Virus record (IMG/VR): IMGVR_UViG_3300014914_000026
Span: 1 to 30,061 of that record
Length of the DNA: 30,061 bases
Strand: one strand, 5' to 3'
Shown piece after piece: positions 1 through 8,300 of the stretch. Both the position numbers and the translations under genes were made by a program. The first letter of the stretch is position 1, and each line of letters starts with the position of its first letter. The notes below the pieces were generated by a model. The model was not told the DNA's origin. It did not search any database and worked only from the letters and a program-made list of their open reading frames with translations.

Positions 1-123
1 AGCGGATCAGAATGCCTCAAAATACTCGGAGCCATAGACAGAATACTAAGCCTTTTTCCCACAAAGCCATAAGCACCCAACACCAAAAGGCTTAAATACA
101 CCAAACAACACAAAATTTTTTCG
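1..123. repeat. Left inverted terminal repeat (123 bp)
   Basis: Bases 1-123 are the exact reverse complement of 29939-30061; identity ends after ...caaaattttttcg. Confidence 0.97.
83..102 (+). promoter_or_regulatory. Archaeal BRE/TATA promoter inside the left ITR
   Basis: ccaaaaggCTTAAATAcacc with TATA at 92-98, about 37 nt before the ATG at 135; near-identical copy at 18493-18512. Confidence 0.7.
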
Positions 124-134
124 AGGGAAGGGTC

Positions 135-605
135 ATGGAGACGAGTGTGGAGGTAGTAGTTCGAGTGAAGATCAAGGATAAGGTGATGGAGCTTACACTA
201 AGCGAGGCTAAGAAGCTCAGAGATGAGCTATTGAAGATTATACCCCTCGAAGGGGAAAAAATAACCAGAATACCAAGAGCATTTCCAAGAGCGAGTCAAA
301 GTTGTGCTAATAAGCTCTTGGAGGTCATGGAGCCTGACAAGGAATACACGGCTGATGAACTAAAGGAGAAGGTGGGATACTGTAGAAGCGTAGTATATGC
401 TACTTTAAGGATGCTGACAAGCGAAGGTAAGATTAAGATAAGGCGTAAGGGGAATAGATTTTTGTATTCTTTGAGAACCCTTATTTTTTCTCCTGAGCAT
501 AATCTTGATAAGATAGGCTCCATAAATATGGAAGAGATGAGAAGTAAATATGAGGCTCTTAGGAGAGAGAAGGAGAAGGAGAGAATATTGAGGAGGGAGT
601 GGTGA
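135..605 (+). CDS. Winged-helix DNA-binding protein
   Basis: YTADELKEKVGYCRSVVYATLRMLTSEGKIKIRRKGNRFLYSL is an HTH-plus-wing pattern. Confidence 0.75.
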   Translation: METSVEVVVRVKIKDKVMELTLSEAKKLRDELLKIIPLEGEKITRIPRAFPRASQSCANKLLEVMEPDKEYTADELKEKVGYCRSVVYATLRMLTSEGKIKIRRKGNRFLYSLRTLIFSPEHNLDKIGSINMEEMRSKYEALRREKEKERILRREW

Positions 606-606
606 G

Positions 607-825
607 ATGGCTAAGCCTCTGAGGTTTGATGGTAGTGAGCCTGAGTGTTTTGGGTGTTGTGATTTGATGTCTATGGAGGAGTATAAGGCTAAGTGTGAGA
701 AGTGTCCTTATAGAGAGGACTGTGAGAGATGGTCTAATATACTTAGTGGTTCTATGATGCTTAATTTTGATGATGATTATACAGAGGAGGATGATGAATG
801 GTGGGACTGGGATGATGAAATATGA
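607..825 (+). CDS. Small Cys-rich protein with acidic C-terminus
   Basis: CFGCC...CEKC...C motif and D/E/W-rich tail; GGAG/GGTGA RBS; ATGA overlap with the next gene. Confidence 0.7.
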   Translation: MAKPLRFDGSEPECFGCCDLMSMEEYKAKCEKCPYREDCERWSNILSGSMMLNFDDDYTEEDDEWWDWDDEI

Positions 826-1193
826 AGGCTGAAATATATCTCGGTAAGTATCTCAGAGAGAATTGTTTAGGAGCATCTATGGATTTGAATCAGAGCAAGC
901 TGTTTGTTGTTTATCCTTATATAGGTTATTCAACTGATGAAAAAGTCGTGGAAAAAGGAGAAGACTACATAATATTGAGAATCAAAAGTATAGATAGCGT
1001 AGAGCCTGATAAAATTGTTTTAGGTATTGAGGATGATAATTTCTGGCCAGTAATCATTAGACTTAACCAAGATGAGGTTAAGAAGTTAATTAAGGCTTTA
1101 AATGATTGTCTTAAAGCTTTAGAGAAAGGAATAGAAAAATTAGAAGGTCAAATATATGTCAGAATAGGAGATAGTGGAGGTAATAAGGTATGA
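822..1193 (+). CDS. Hypothetical protein
   Basis: 123-aa ORF coupled by ATGA overlaps at both ends. Confidence 0.7.
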   Translation: MKAEIYLGKYLRENCLGASMDLNQSKLFVVYPYIGYSTDEKVVEKGEDYIILRIKSIDSVEPDKIVLGIEDDNFWPVIIRLNQDEVKKLIKALNDCLKALEKGIEKLEGQIYVRIGDSGGNKV

Positions 1194-1729
1194 TTAGAAA
1201 TTTAAAGAAGACTGTAAAGGATAAGTTATCTTCTATTATAATTTTCGTTAGGGGTGAAGAGGAAAAGAAAGGAGAGATTATTTTGAGGAAGGGGACTAAG
1301 ATAACATGCCCAAATTGTAGTGTTGTAATTGCTGTTGCTAAGAGAGATATAAGAAGTGGTGAAACTATTGATTCTGAGAATGTAAAATGGTTAATAAAGC
1401 AATTTAGAAGAGGTGATGAGTTGAGTTGTCCTTTGTGTTCTGCTCCAGTTGGATTAGATTTGGGATTTAAGAGTAAAGAAGGTGAGAAGGTATATGTTGG
1501 GTCTATTATACACACTTCTGAGGGATGGGTTCCAAAGCCTGTTTATGAATTGATGAAGAGTAAGGTTGATTCTGCTGTTAGGAGAAATATAAGAATATCG
1601 AGGAGGCATAGACCTCTTAGTAGTTTTAAGGGTAAGGGTTTGAGAAAGTTGGCAAGTAGAAGTAAGAGGACGAGGGTTTATGAGAGGAGGGCGGGTTTTG
1701 ATTGGAGGAAGAGGATTGAGGAGGATTAG
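1190..1729 (+). CDS. Zn-finger protein with basic C-terminal tail
   Basis: CPNC...CPLC pair; R/K-rich C-terminus. Confidence 0.7.
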   Translation: MIRNLKKTVKDKLSSIIIFVRGEEEKKGEIILRKGTKITCPNCSVVIAVAKRDIRSGETIDSENVKWLIKQFRRGDELSCPLCSAPVGLDLGFKSKEGEKVYVGSIIHTSEGWVPKPVYELMKSKVDSAVRRNIRISRRHRPLSSFKGKGLRKLASRSKRTRVYERRAGFDWRKRIEED

Positions 1730-1730
1730 C

Positions 1731-1807
1731 GGGTCAGTAGCTCAGTCAGGTAGAGCGTCGGGCTTTTAACCCGAAGGGCGGGGGTTCAAATCCCCCCTGA
1801 CCCGCCA
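1731..1807 (+). tRNA. trnK: tRNA-Lys (anticodon UUU), intron-less, CCA encoded
   Basis: Acceptor GGGTCAG/CTGACCC; D arm GCTC/GAGC; anticodon arm TCGGG-CTTTTAA-CCCGA (TTT at 1765-1767); T arm GGGGG-TTCAAAT-CCCCC; discriminator G then CCA. Confidence 0.95.
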
Positions 1808-1818
1808 AGGTGGTGGTA

Positions 1819-1959
1819 ATGGGTTGGGTTATACCCTTTATGTTCTTGAGTTTTGGTTTGTATGGCTTTTTATATGTTGTTTTTAAGTGTCTTTTTTCTC
1901 CTGAGAGTTGTGAGGAGATAGGTAATCATTCTTGGTTTCTTGAGAAGTGTTCTGAATGA
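1819..1959 (+). CDS. Small single-TM membrane protein (46 aa, not in ORF track)
   Basis: Manual translation MGWVIPFMFLSFGLYGFLYVVFKCLFSPESCEEIGNHSWFLEKCSE; GGTGGTGG RBS right after the tRNA; overlaps the convergent 1883-2086 ORF. Confidence 0.45.
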   Translation: MGWVIPFMFLSFGLYGFLYVVFKCLFSPESCEEIGNHSWFLEKCSE

Positions 1960-2086
1960 GGGTCTGCTGTTTTATTGGTTTAGGGTTTTTTATAATGGAG
2001 CCACAGCATATACATTGGTATCCTTTTACATTGTCATAGTATATGAGGGTTCTTGGTTTTTTACATATTGGACAGTAGGCGATCAT
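1883..2086 (-). CDS. Zn-ribbon protein
   Basis: CPIC...CICC; ATGA-coupled to the upstream wHTH gene. Confidence 0.65.
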   Translation of the reverse strand: MIAYCPICKKPRTLIYYDNVKGYQCICCGSIIKNPKPIKQQTLIQNTSQETKNDYLSPHNSQEKKDT

Positions 2087-2343
2087 AGTAGGTCTGCGTT
2101 TTTGAGTAGTTGTTTTGCTATGTCTGATAGTTTATACATTCCATGTCCTCCTTTCTTTAGAAGACCAAGATGATACATTTTTAGCATCATGTTTCTTACT
2201 GTATTTATGTTTTTGTTTAATGTGCTTGCCACTCTGCTGGGAGTAGCATATCCCAAGGGAGAGTCTAAAGATATTTGATGAATTGTGAGGAGGTATTCGG
2301 CTCTCTCAGGTGTAAGGAGACTTTGAGGGATGGTTTGGCTCAT
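2083..2343 (-). CDS. Winged-helix DNA-binding protein
   Basis: ATPSRVASTLNKNINTVRNMMLKMYHLGLLKKGGHGMYKLS; TATA-like TTTATAAA about 35 nt upstream. Confidence 0.75.
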   Translation of the reverse strand: MSQTIPQSLLTPERAEYLLTIHQISLDSPLGYATPSRVASTLNKNINTVRNMMLKMYHLGLLKKGGHGMYKLSDIAKQLLKNADLL

Positions 2344-2432
2344 GGCTCATCGACCCAAATCTATTTTAGTTTATGGGAATTTATAAATGTTGTGTAAAGT
2401 TTATTAAGGGCTATAGGCATCTTACAGATGAG

Positions 2433-2630
2433 ATGGAGGCGAGAGATTATATAGCTTTGATGATTCTTGGGGGGTGCTTCGTCTTAGTGGGGTTGAGTAA
2501 GGTCGGTTGGGATGATGTGATCCCTGTCATCTCGGTGATTATGGGCTATTACTTTGGGTATGTTGTGGGCTTAGTTAAGGGCTTTTTATTGAAAAGGGGC
2601 ATAAAAGAGGAGGATTTTGAGGAGGACTAG
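2433..2630 (+). CDS. Small two-TM membrane protein with charged tail (holin-like topology)
   Basis: Start reassigned to MEARDY (ATG 2433) downstream of TATA-like aagtttattaa; two hydrophobic segments then KRGIKEEDFEED. Confidence 0.6.
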   Translation: MEARDYIALMILGGCFVLVGLSKVGWDDVIPVISVIMGYYFGYVVGLVKGFLLKRGIKEEDFEED

Positions 2631-2837
2631 TCCCACTATAACTCCGCTACAGAACTCCGCTATGTCTCCGCTTGTCTCTTCGTAGGCTTCTCCATTCATT
2701 AGGTCTAAGATTTGCTTTAGGATGAAGAGAGCCGAGAGGAGAATAGTGTAGCCTAAACCTCCAAAGATTGTTGATAGCAGTCCAAGTAGGAAGTGGCATA
2801 TACTACCGATGTCAAGACCTACCTTTGTCGCCTTCAT
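2586..2837 (-). CDS. Small multi-TM membrane protein
   Basis: Probable start MKATKVGLD; hydrophobic helices around H-F-L-L-G and E-E-T-S-G-D motifs; directly follows the protease gene. Confidence 0.6.
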   Translation of the reverse strand: MKATKVGLDIGSICHFLLGLLSTIFGGLGYTILLSALFILKQILDLMNGEAYEETSGDIAEFCSGVIVGLVLLKILLFYAPFQ

Positions 2838-3603
2838 ATTTCCATCTAAGTCTTTCAAGTATTCCCATCCTACTTAAAGGTTTAACCCTCTTTCTCCAAG
2901 CTCTCCTTATAGCTTCATATTTTTCTCTTGTTTCTTTGAGCTTCCTCCCCAATTTTAGGTATTCTTTTATACCCATAGATTCACTTCCTCCTATCCATTC
3001 ATAGTAATGTGTATTATTGAATTTGACCCATGCGTGATATCTTAGTTCATTCATGTTCCACCAGTTGGTTTCTGGGTCTATTTCTGGATATTCCTCTGGG
3101 ACTTCATCAAGGGTGCTTTCCACCAGATACCACTTGTCTGATTCTGGGTCGTGAACTATAGGCCATGCGTGTCCGCCTAATATTTTGTCTCCTTTGTATA
3201 GGTATCCGAGACATTGATAGGCTTCTACTCCTATTATTAGGCATCCTCCTACTATGGCTATACTTGAGCCGTCGCAATCTCCTACTAATGTTGCTACTAC
3301 TTCACTTACTTTGTCCCAGTAGTCCGCTGTTAGAGTCCAGCATCTCTTATATTTTCCGAAGTATGCGTTATATGTATGTTTATCATCTGGAAGACCCATT
3401 CTGAAAGGATATTCTACCCTTTCTATGACTTTACGTGCTACTTGTCTCCATGTGGTTAATCCACCGAAGAACTCTTGACATATTTCTGAGTCTATATCAA
3501 GAAGTTCATTTAATTTGAATTTCCAGAATCTTTTAGCCTCTACTTTATCACCAACTTCTTTAGCACCTTTGAAAATTGGAAATTCAGTTTCTTTCCAAGT
3601 CAT
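2812..3603 (-). CDS. Transglutaminase-like (papain-fold) cysteine protease
   Basis: GDCDG (Cys), GGHAW (His) and WYLVEST (acidic residue) in the order typical of transglutaminase-like/BTLCP proteins; GGTGA RBS. Confidence 0.75.
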   Translation of the reverse strand: MTWKETEFPIFKGAKEVGDKVEAKRFWKFKLNELLDIDSEICQEFFGGLTTWRQVARKVIERVEYPFRMGLPDDKHTYNAYFGKYKRCWTLTADYWDKVSEVVATLVGDCDGSSIAIVGGCLIIGVEAYQCLGYLYKGDKILGGHAWPIVHDPESDKWYLVESTLDEVPEEYPEIDPETNWWNMNELRYHAWVKFNNTHYYEWIGGSESMGIKEYLKLGRKLKETREKYEAIRRAWRKRVKPLSRMGILERLRWKYEGDKGRS

Positions 3604-3619
3604 ATACCATCACCACTTA

Positions 3620-4327
3620 TTACATGCTTGTATAGTAGATTATATATACAGCTCCATCTCCTCCTTTCCCTCCATCACCACCACCTGCGTATAGGCTACC
3701 TCCTCCACCTCCACCTCCTGCTCCTGGAGATGAACCAGGTTCTCCTGATTCGCCTTTATCTCCTGTAACAGTCGATCCTCCATCTCCTCCAGATGCTATA
3801 TTGTTGGGTGTGTCAGCTCCTTTTCCTCCCTTGGTGTTCCCTGTTTCTCCTGAACTTCCAGATAGCATCGATATTTCTGAGTTTATAGCATATCCTGAAG
3901 GTGATCCTCCACCACCACCTGCTCCTGCTCCACCACTATTTGCTTTACCTCCTCCACCTCCTGAGCCTCCTCCTGCTGTAAGCCCAAAAGCAGTTGTATC
4001 TCCCCCTGCTGAACCTGGAGAGCCATTTTCATCTACAGCTCCTCCACTTCCTCCACTACCTCCTGCTCCTACTGTTATTGAATATGAAGAACCTGGAGTT
4101 ACTGGAATTCCTCTCGCTATTATAACCGCTCCTGAACCTCCTCCTCCACCACTACTTCCCGCAGATGAAGAACCTCCTCCACCTCCACCTCCTCCACCGC
4201 CTCCTCCAACTATTATTACATCGATTACATGAACGTCTTGTGGTGCTACCCATGTGTATGTTCCAGGTGTTGTAAAGGCATCTACCTTCTTTTTTATTGT
4301 AAACTTGATTGGATGTATTAGGCTCAT
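3620..4327 (-). CDS. Glycine-rich virion/tail-fibre-type protein
   Basis: FTTPGTYTWVAP...VIIVGGGGGGG...VTPGSSYSITVGAGG...GGDGAVYI matches the glycine-rich domain of phage tail proteins. Confidence 0.8.
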   Translation of the reverse strand: MSLIHPIKFTIKKKVDAFTTPGTYTWVAPQDVHVIDVIIVGGGGGGGGGGGGSSSAGSSGGGGGSGAVIIARGIPVTPGSSYSITVGAGGSGGSGGAVDENGSPGSAGGDTTAFGLTAGGGSGGGGGKANSGGAGAGGGGGSPSGYAINSEISMLSGSSGETGNTKGGKGADTPNNIASGGDGGSTVTGDKGESGEPGSSPGAGGGGGGGSLYAGGGDGGKGGDGAVYIIYYTSM

Positions 4328-4331
4328 ATTT

Positions 4332-4700
4332 TTATATCACCTCCATTACTTGTAGTATGAATAAGTATGGGAATGACCTTGGAGTTCCTGCTGTTTGAGT
4401 TATTGTTACTCTGAATTTTGCGTCGTAGGAGCATGTTATAGCAGGAATTCTGACTATAGGTATAGTTTGAGAGCCAGTAAATTTGAGTTCATCTGTTTTT
4501 CTTTGATTTGTTCCATCGACAGCAATATAGGTTCTTATTATAACTTCGTCTCCCTCTGCCATATTGCTTAGGTCTATTTGCCCCTCTATAATGTAGTCAT
4601 CAGACTGGTCTTCTAAGTTAATTATGTCTGTCTCCGTGTTAAGAGATTCTAAAGTAAGTGTTCCCTTGTATCTCTCTTTTCGTGCTATTCTAACTGGCAT
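4332..4700 (-). CDS. Putative beta-sandwich structural protein
   Basis: 122 aa with alternating beta-strand pattern; co-transcribed with fibre-type genes; GGTGG RBS. Confidence 0.55.
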   Translation of the reverse strand: MPVRIARKERYKGTLTLESLNTETDIINLEDQSDDYIIEGQIDLSNMAEGDEVIIRTYIAVDGTNQRKTDELKFTGSQTIPIVRIPAITCSYDAKFRVTITQTAGTPRSFPYLFILQVMEVI

Positions 4701-4710
4701 ATTTGTCCAC

Positions 4711-5292
4711 CTATCTTGTGAACTGGATGTAGTATCTTATTGTGAGAGTGTCTCCAGCGTCCCAGTCTATTGGGACTGCTGAGAATACTTTTCTTGCGAG
4801 TAGGTCTCCTCCTGCTGATGCGTTGAATACTCCTGCTTCTGATATGTTCATTGTTCCTGAGAGTCCATCTGCTGAAGAGAATGTTGCTTCAAGTTTAGCT
4901 GTGTCTCCTGATACTGATGTGGTCTCCTGTGATACAGTAGCGGATTTTCTTATGATTTCAGCCTCCAATTCAGTATCAGTTACCGCTTCGGATGTGGTTC
5001 CTGAGCCTATGCCAAGGTATCCGAATTTATCTTCTGTCAATCCAGCGAAGACTAGTCTTACTATACATGCTAGACCTACATTTGTGATTACGTTTTTCCT
5101 CCAGTATTCTAAGTCTATAAGTTTGGCTGGGAAGCTTGAGAAGGGACAGTCTCCAGCATCATCATCGATTAGTGGATTGGGTCTTAGGATTCTTCTTGGG
5201 GGTGCTCCTATGTGGTATTTAACTTTTCCATCTTTATCTTTGACTATGATTTCCACATATCCACTTATCTTACCGAAGTCCTTTGCGGACAT
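4711..5292 (-). CDS. Phage tail-fibre/collar N-terminal-domain-like protein
   Basis: Start reassigned to MSAKDF (GGAGGT RBS). NVITNVG...LGIGSGTT...DTELEAE..RK...EAGVFNA...LLARKVF...DTLTIRY resembles the tail-fibre anchoring domain of tailed phages (P2 gpH N-terminus/DUF3751-like). Confidence 0.65.
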   Translation of the reverse strand: MSAKDFGKISGYVEIIVKDKDGKVKYHIGAPPRRILRPNPLIDDDAGDCPFSSFPAKLIDLEYWRKNVITNVGLACIVRLVFAGLTEDKFGYLGIGSGTTSEAVTDTELEAEIIRKSATVSQETTSVSGDTAKLEATFSSADGLSGTMNISEAGVFNASAGGDLLARKVFSAVPIDWDAGDTLTIRYYIQFTR

Positions 5293-5367
5293 ACCTCCTC
5301 TATAAATGTGAGGAGAGGAGGGATTATTTATAAGTTTTGGAATTGATTTAATGGGGTTGGAAGAACT

Positions 5368-8300
5368 GTGGGTTGGCTTAGTGGATGGCAATATAGAAAA
5401 AGCCATGAAATAGAAGGCTCTACTGCTGGTGCGGTTACAGATTATCAGATAGGTATTAAAGTTTATAGAAGCACAGGGACAGATGGAACTGAAACAGAGA
5501 GTCTAATAACATGGGGTGTTGTATATGTTGGAACTAAATGTAGAGAAGATTTTGGAGACATAAGATTCACAGCAGATGATGGTGAAACCCTCTTAGACTA
5601 TTACATGGAGGAATATGAGTATGGTTCTTGGGCTAAATTCTGGGTGAAGATACCTTCTATACCTGCTAGTCCTGACTCTGTTACTATATATGTTTATTAT
5701 GGAAACTCTGATGCGACATATTCAGGAAGTGGAGAAGATACTTTCCAATTCTATGAAGATTTTGAAGATGGAACTTTGGGTTCTACACCTCCAGGCTGGA
5801 CTGTAGAAGGAAGTAGTGGAGACTATTTCCATGTGGATGACACTCATGTAAAGCAGGGTAGCAAAAGCGGTAAGTTACATGAAGATGGTGATGGAGAAGA
5901 ACTATCAGTTAAAGCTCATAAACATGAGACATCTACTGGTGGAGGAGCGGTTGTCCATGCCTGGATGATATTCAGCGGAGATAGGTCTGCCATAGCAGGA
6001 CTGGAACCTGGAGGATCAACCTCAGATTACTATGCCTCATACCTCCTATGTAGAGATGACAAAGACGACTGGAGACGTAACTCTGGTGGAACATTTTACA
6101 CGATTACAGAGTTCTCGGCTCCTTCAGACTTGGTGTGGTATAGACTGGAGATTTATCATCGCCCATCAGATGGTAAAGTTAAATATGTAAAGGATAGAAC
6201 CGAGGAATCAGATTGGGTTGATCCAAGAAGCTCTTGGAGTGAGATAGATGGAGTCCTTTTAAAAAGCCACTATAGGTATCCTGCTGACTCATGGTGGGAT
6301 CAAATCTATATTAGAAAGTATATAGACCCTGAGCCTAGTCATGGTTCCTGGGGAAGTGAGGAAACCTCTGGAGTATCTTATGTTCAGGAAATAACTGATG
6401 TAGGAAAAGTAGGAGATGCGTTATCAAGGGGAATAATTGATGTGGAAAAAGATTCGGGAAAGAGTGTAGATAGCTTAGTTCGTATTGTTGCTTTTCATAA
6501 AAGTGTTGTTGATATTGGTAAAGGTGTTGATAGTTTGAGTAAGTTTGTGGAATATTATAGAAGTTATATGGATGTGGGGAAAGGTTTAGATTCACTTAGT
6601 CTTACTGTTAATTATGTTAGGAGTTTTATTGATGTGAGTAAAGGATTAGATTACATTAGTATGTTTAGAGAAGTGTATAGAGATGTTATGGATAGAGTTT
6701 ATGGTGAGTTTTGGTTATCGACTTTTAGAGGAAAATCATTTTATGAAACTGTGAAAAGTGTTGATTTCATATCTAAGGATTATGATGGAAGACTAAGAGA
6801 TTCTGTTTTAGGTATAGATACTATTGGAAGAGATTTTGAGAAAGTCTATATTGATTATGGAATGGTCGCTGATTTTATCTCTAAAAGACCTCTTAAAAGT
6901 TTGGTTGATAGCTCTTTAGCTGTTGATTATTTTGAGAAGGTTGTAGAGTTTGTTAGAACGCTTTTTGATACTGGGGTTTCATCAGATTATCTTAAGAAGG
7001 AAATTGGAAAGTTAGCTAAAGATGTTGGAAAGACTGTTGATTATGTGGAGAAAACTCCAGCTAAGGTGTTAGTTGATACAAGTAGGATAATTGATTGGTA
7101 TAGTAAGTTTGCCTCTAAAATATTTTTCGATACATTTATTTCATTAGATTATCTTAGGAAAACTCCTGCTAAAAAGGTTGTTGATGTTGGGAAGGTTTCA
7201 GATTGGTATTGTAAGCTGGTTTCAGAATCCTTAATTGACACTTGTAAAGGTGTTGATTGGTATAGTAAAACTTCAACATTCTACAGAAGCTTTACAGATA
7301 TAGGCAAAACTGTAGATTACATAGAAAAAATGTCCATGAAGGCTCTCCTTGATATTGTTAAAAACATTGATTGGTTTACTAAGACTGCTATATTCTACAG
7401 GAACTTGTATGAGTTTGTAAATACCTCTGATTATTTAGCTAAAGATGTGCTTAGAAGTTTCCTTGATTATGCTGTTGGTGAGTTTTTGATTTCAAGTCTT
7501 CGTGGTAAGACCTTCAGGGAGACAATTAGAACTTTTGATTATCTATATAGAAACATTCTAAAAGTTTATGTTGATATTGGTAGAGCTTCTGATTACTTGA
7601 GAAAAGATAGAACCAAACCCATAAGTGATGTCTTTAAGGTTTTGGATTATGTTAAAAAGGAATCATTAAAATGTTTTGTTGATATAGGGAGGTCAGTTGA
7701 TTTCTTGTATAAAGAGTTCTTGAAAAGGACTTTTGATTCTGTGAGCGTTACTGATTGGTTTTTAAAGTTTGCTGTGAAGTTGTTTAGGGATGTTGTTTTA
7801 GGAAGGGATTGGTCTCTTAGAGATTCGCTTAAAGTCTTGTTGGAATTATGTAAAGGTTTAGACTATTTGAGTAGAGACACCACTAAGAGCTATTTGGATT
7901 ATAGTATATGTTCAGATTTTGTTTTGTTAGATATTGTGAAGTCCTTAGTTGAAGTTAGTAGAAGCTTTGACTATACCAGTAAAAGTATTCTTAGGAATTT
8001 CATTGATTATGCTTATGGTGAGCATTTCTTATCGACATTAAAGGGAAAGGAACTTAAAGATTATGTGAAAGTTTTTGATATTCTAAGTAGGGATTACTTG
8101 AAACTATTTTTTGACTTAATGAAGGGTGTTGATTTTATATATAAAGATTATGGCAAGAGGTTTGAGGAGTCCATTATAGGTGTAGATTTTGTTGAGAAAG
8201 GTTTTGGAATAAGACTTGAAGAGACAACAAAAGTGTATGAAAAAATTAATAGAGATATTTTGAAGAGCCTAATAGATTTGGGTAGGTCTCTTGAGCTATT

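Noticed and set aside
1731-1807. tRNA as attP/integration site
   Set aside because: No tyrosine or serine recombinase, no second partial tRNA copy, and the genome is linear with ITRs.
3801-4232. Proline-rich 143-aa ORF on + strand
   Set aside because: Antisense shadow of the GGN codons of the glycine-rich gene.
4742-5305. 187-aa + strand ORF
   Set aside because: Fully antisense to the tail-fibre-domain gene; no motif or RBS.
5368-6340. Diversity-generating retroelement target
   Set aside because: No reverse transcriptase and no TR/VR repeat pair seen.
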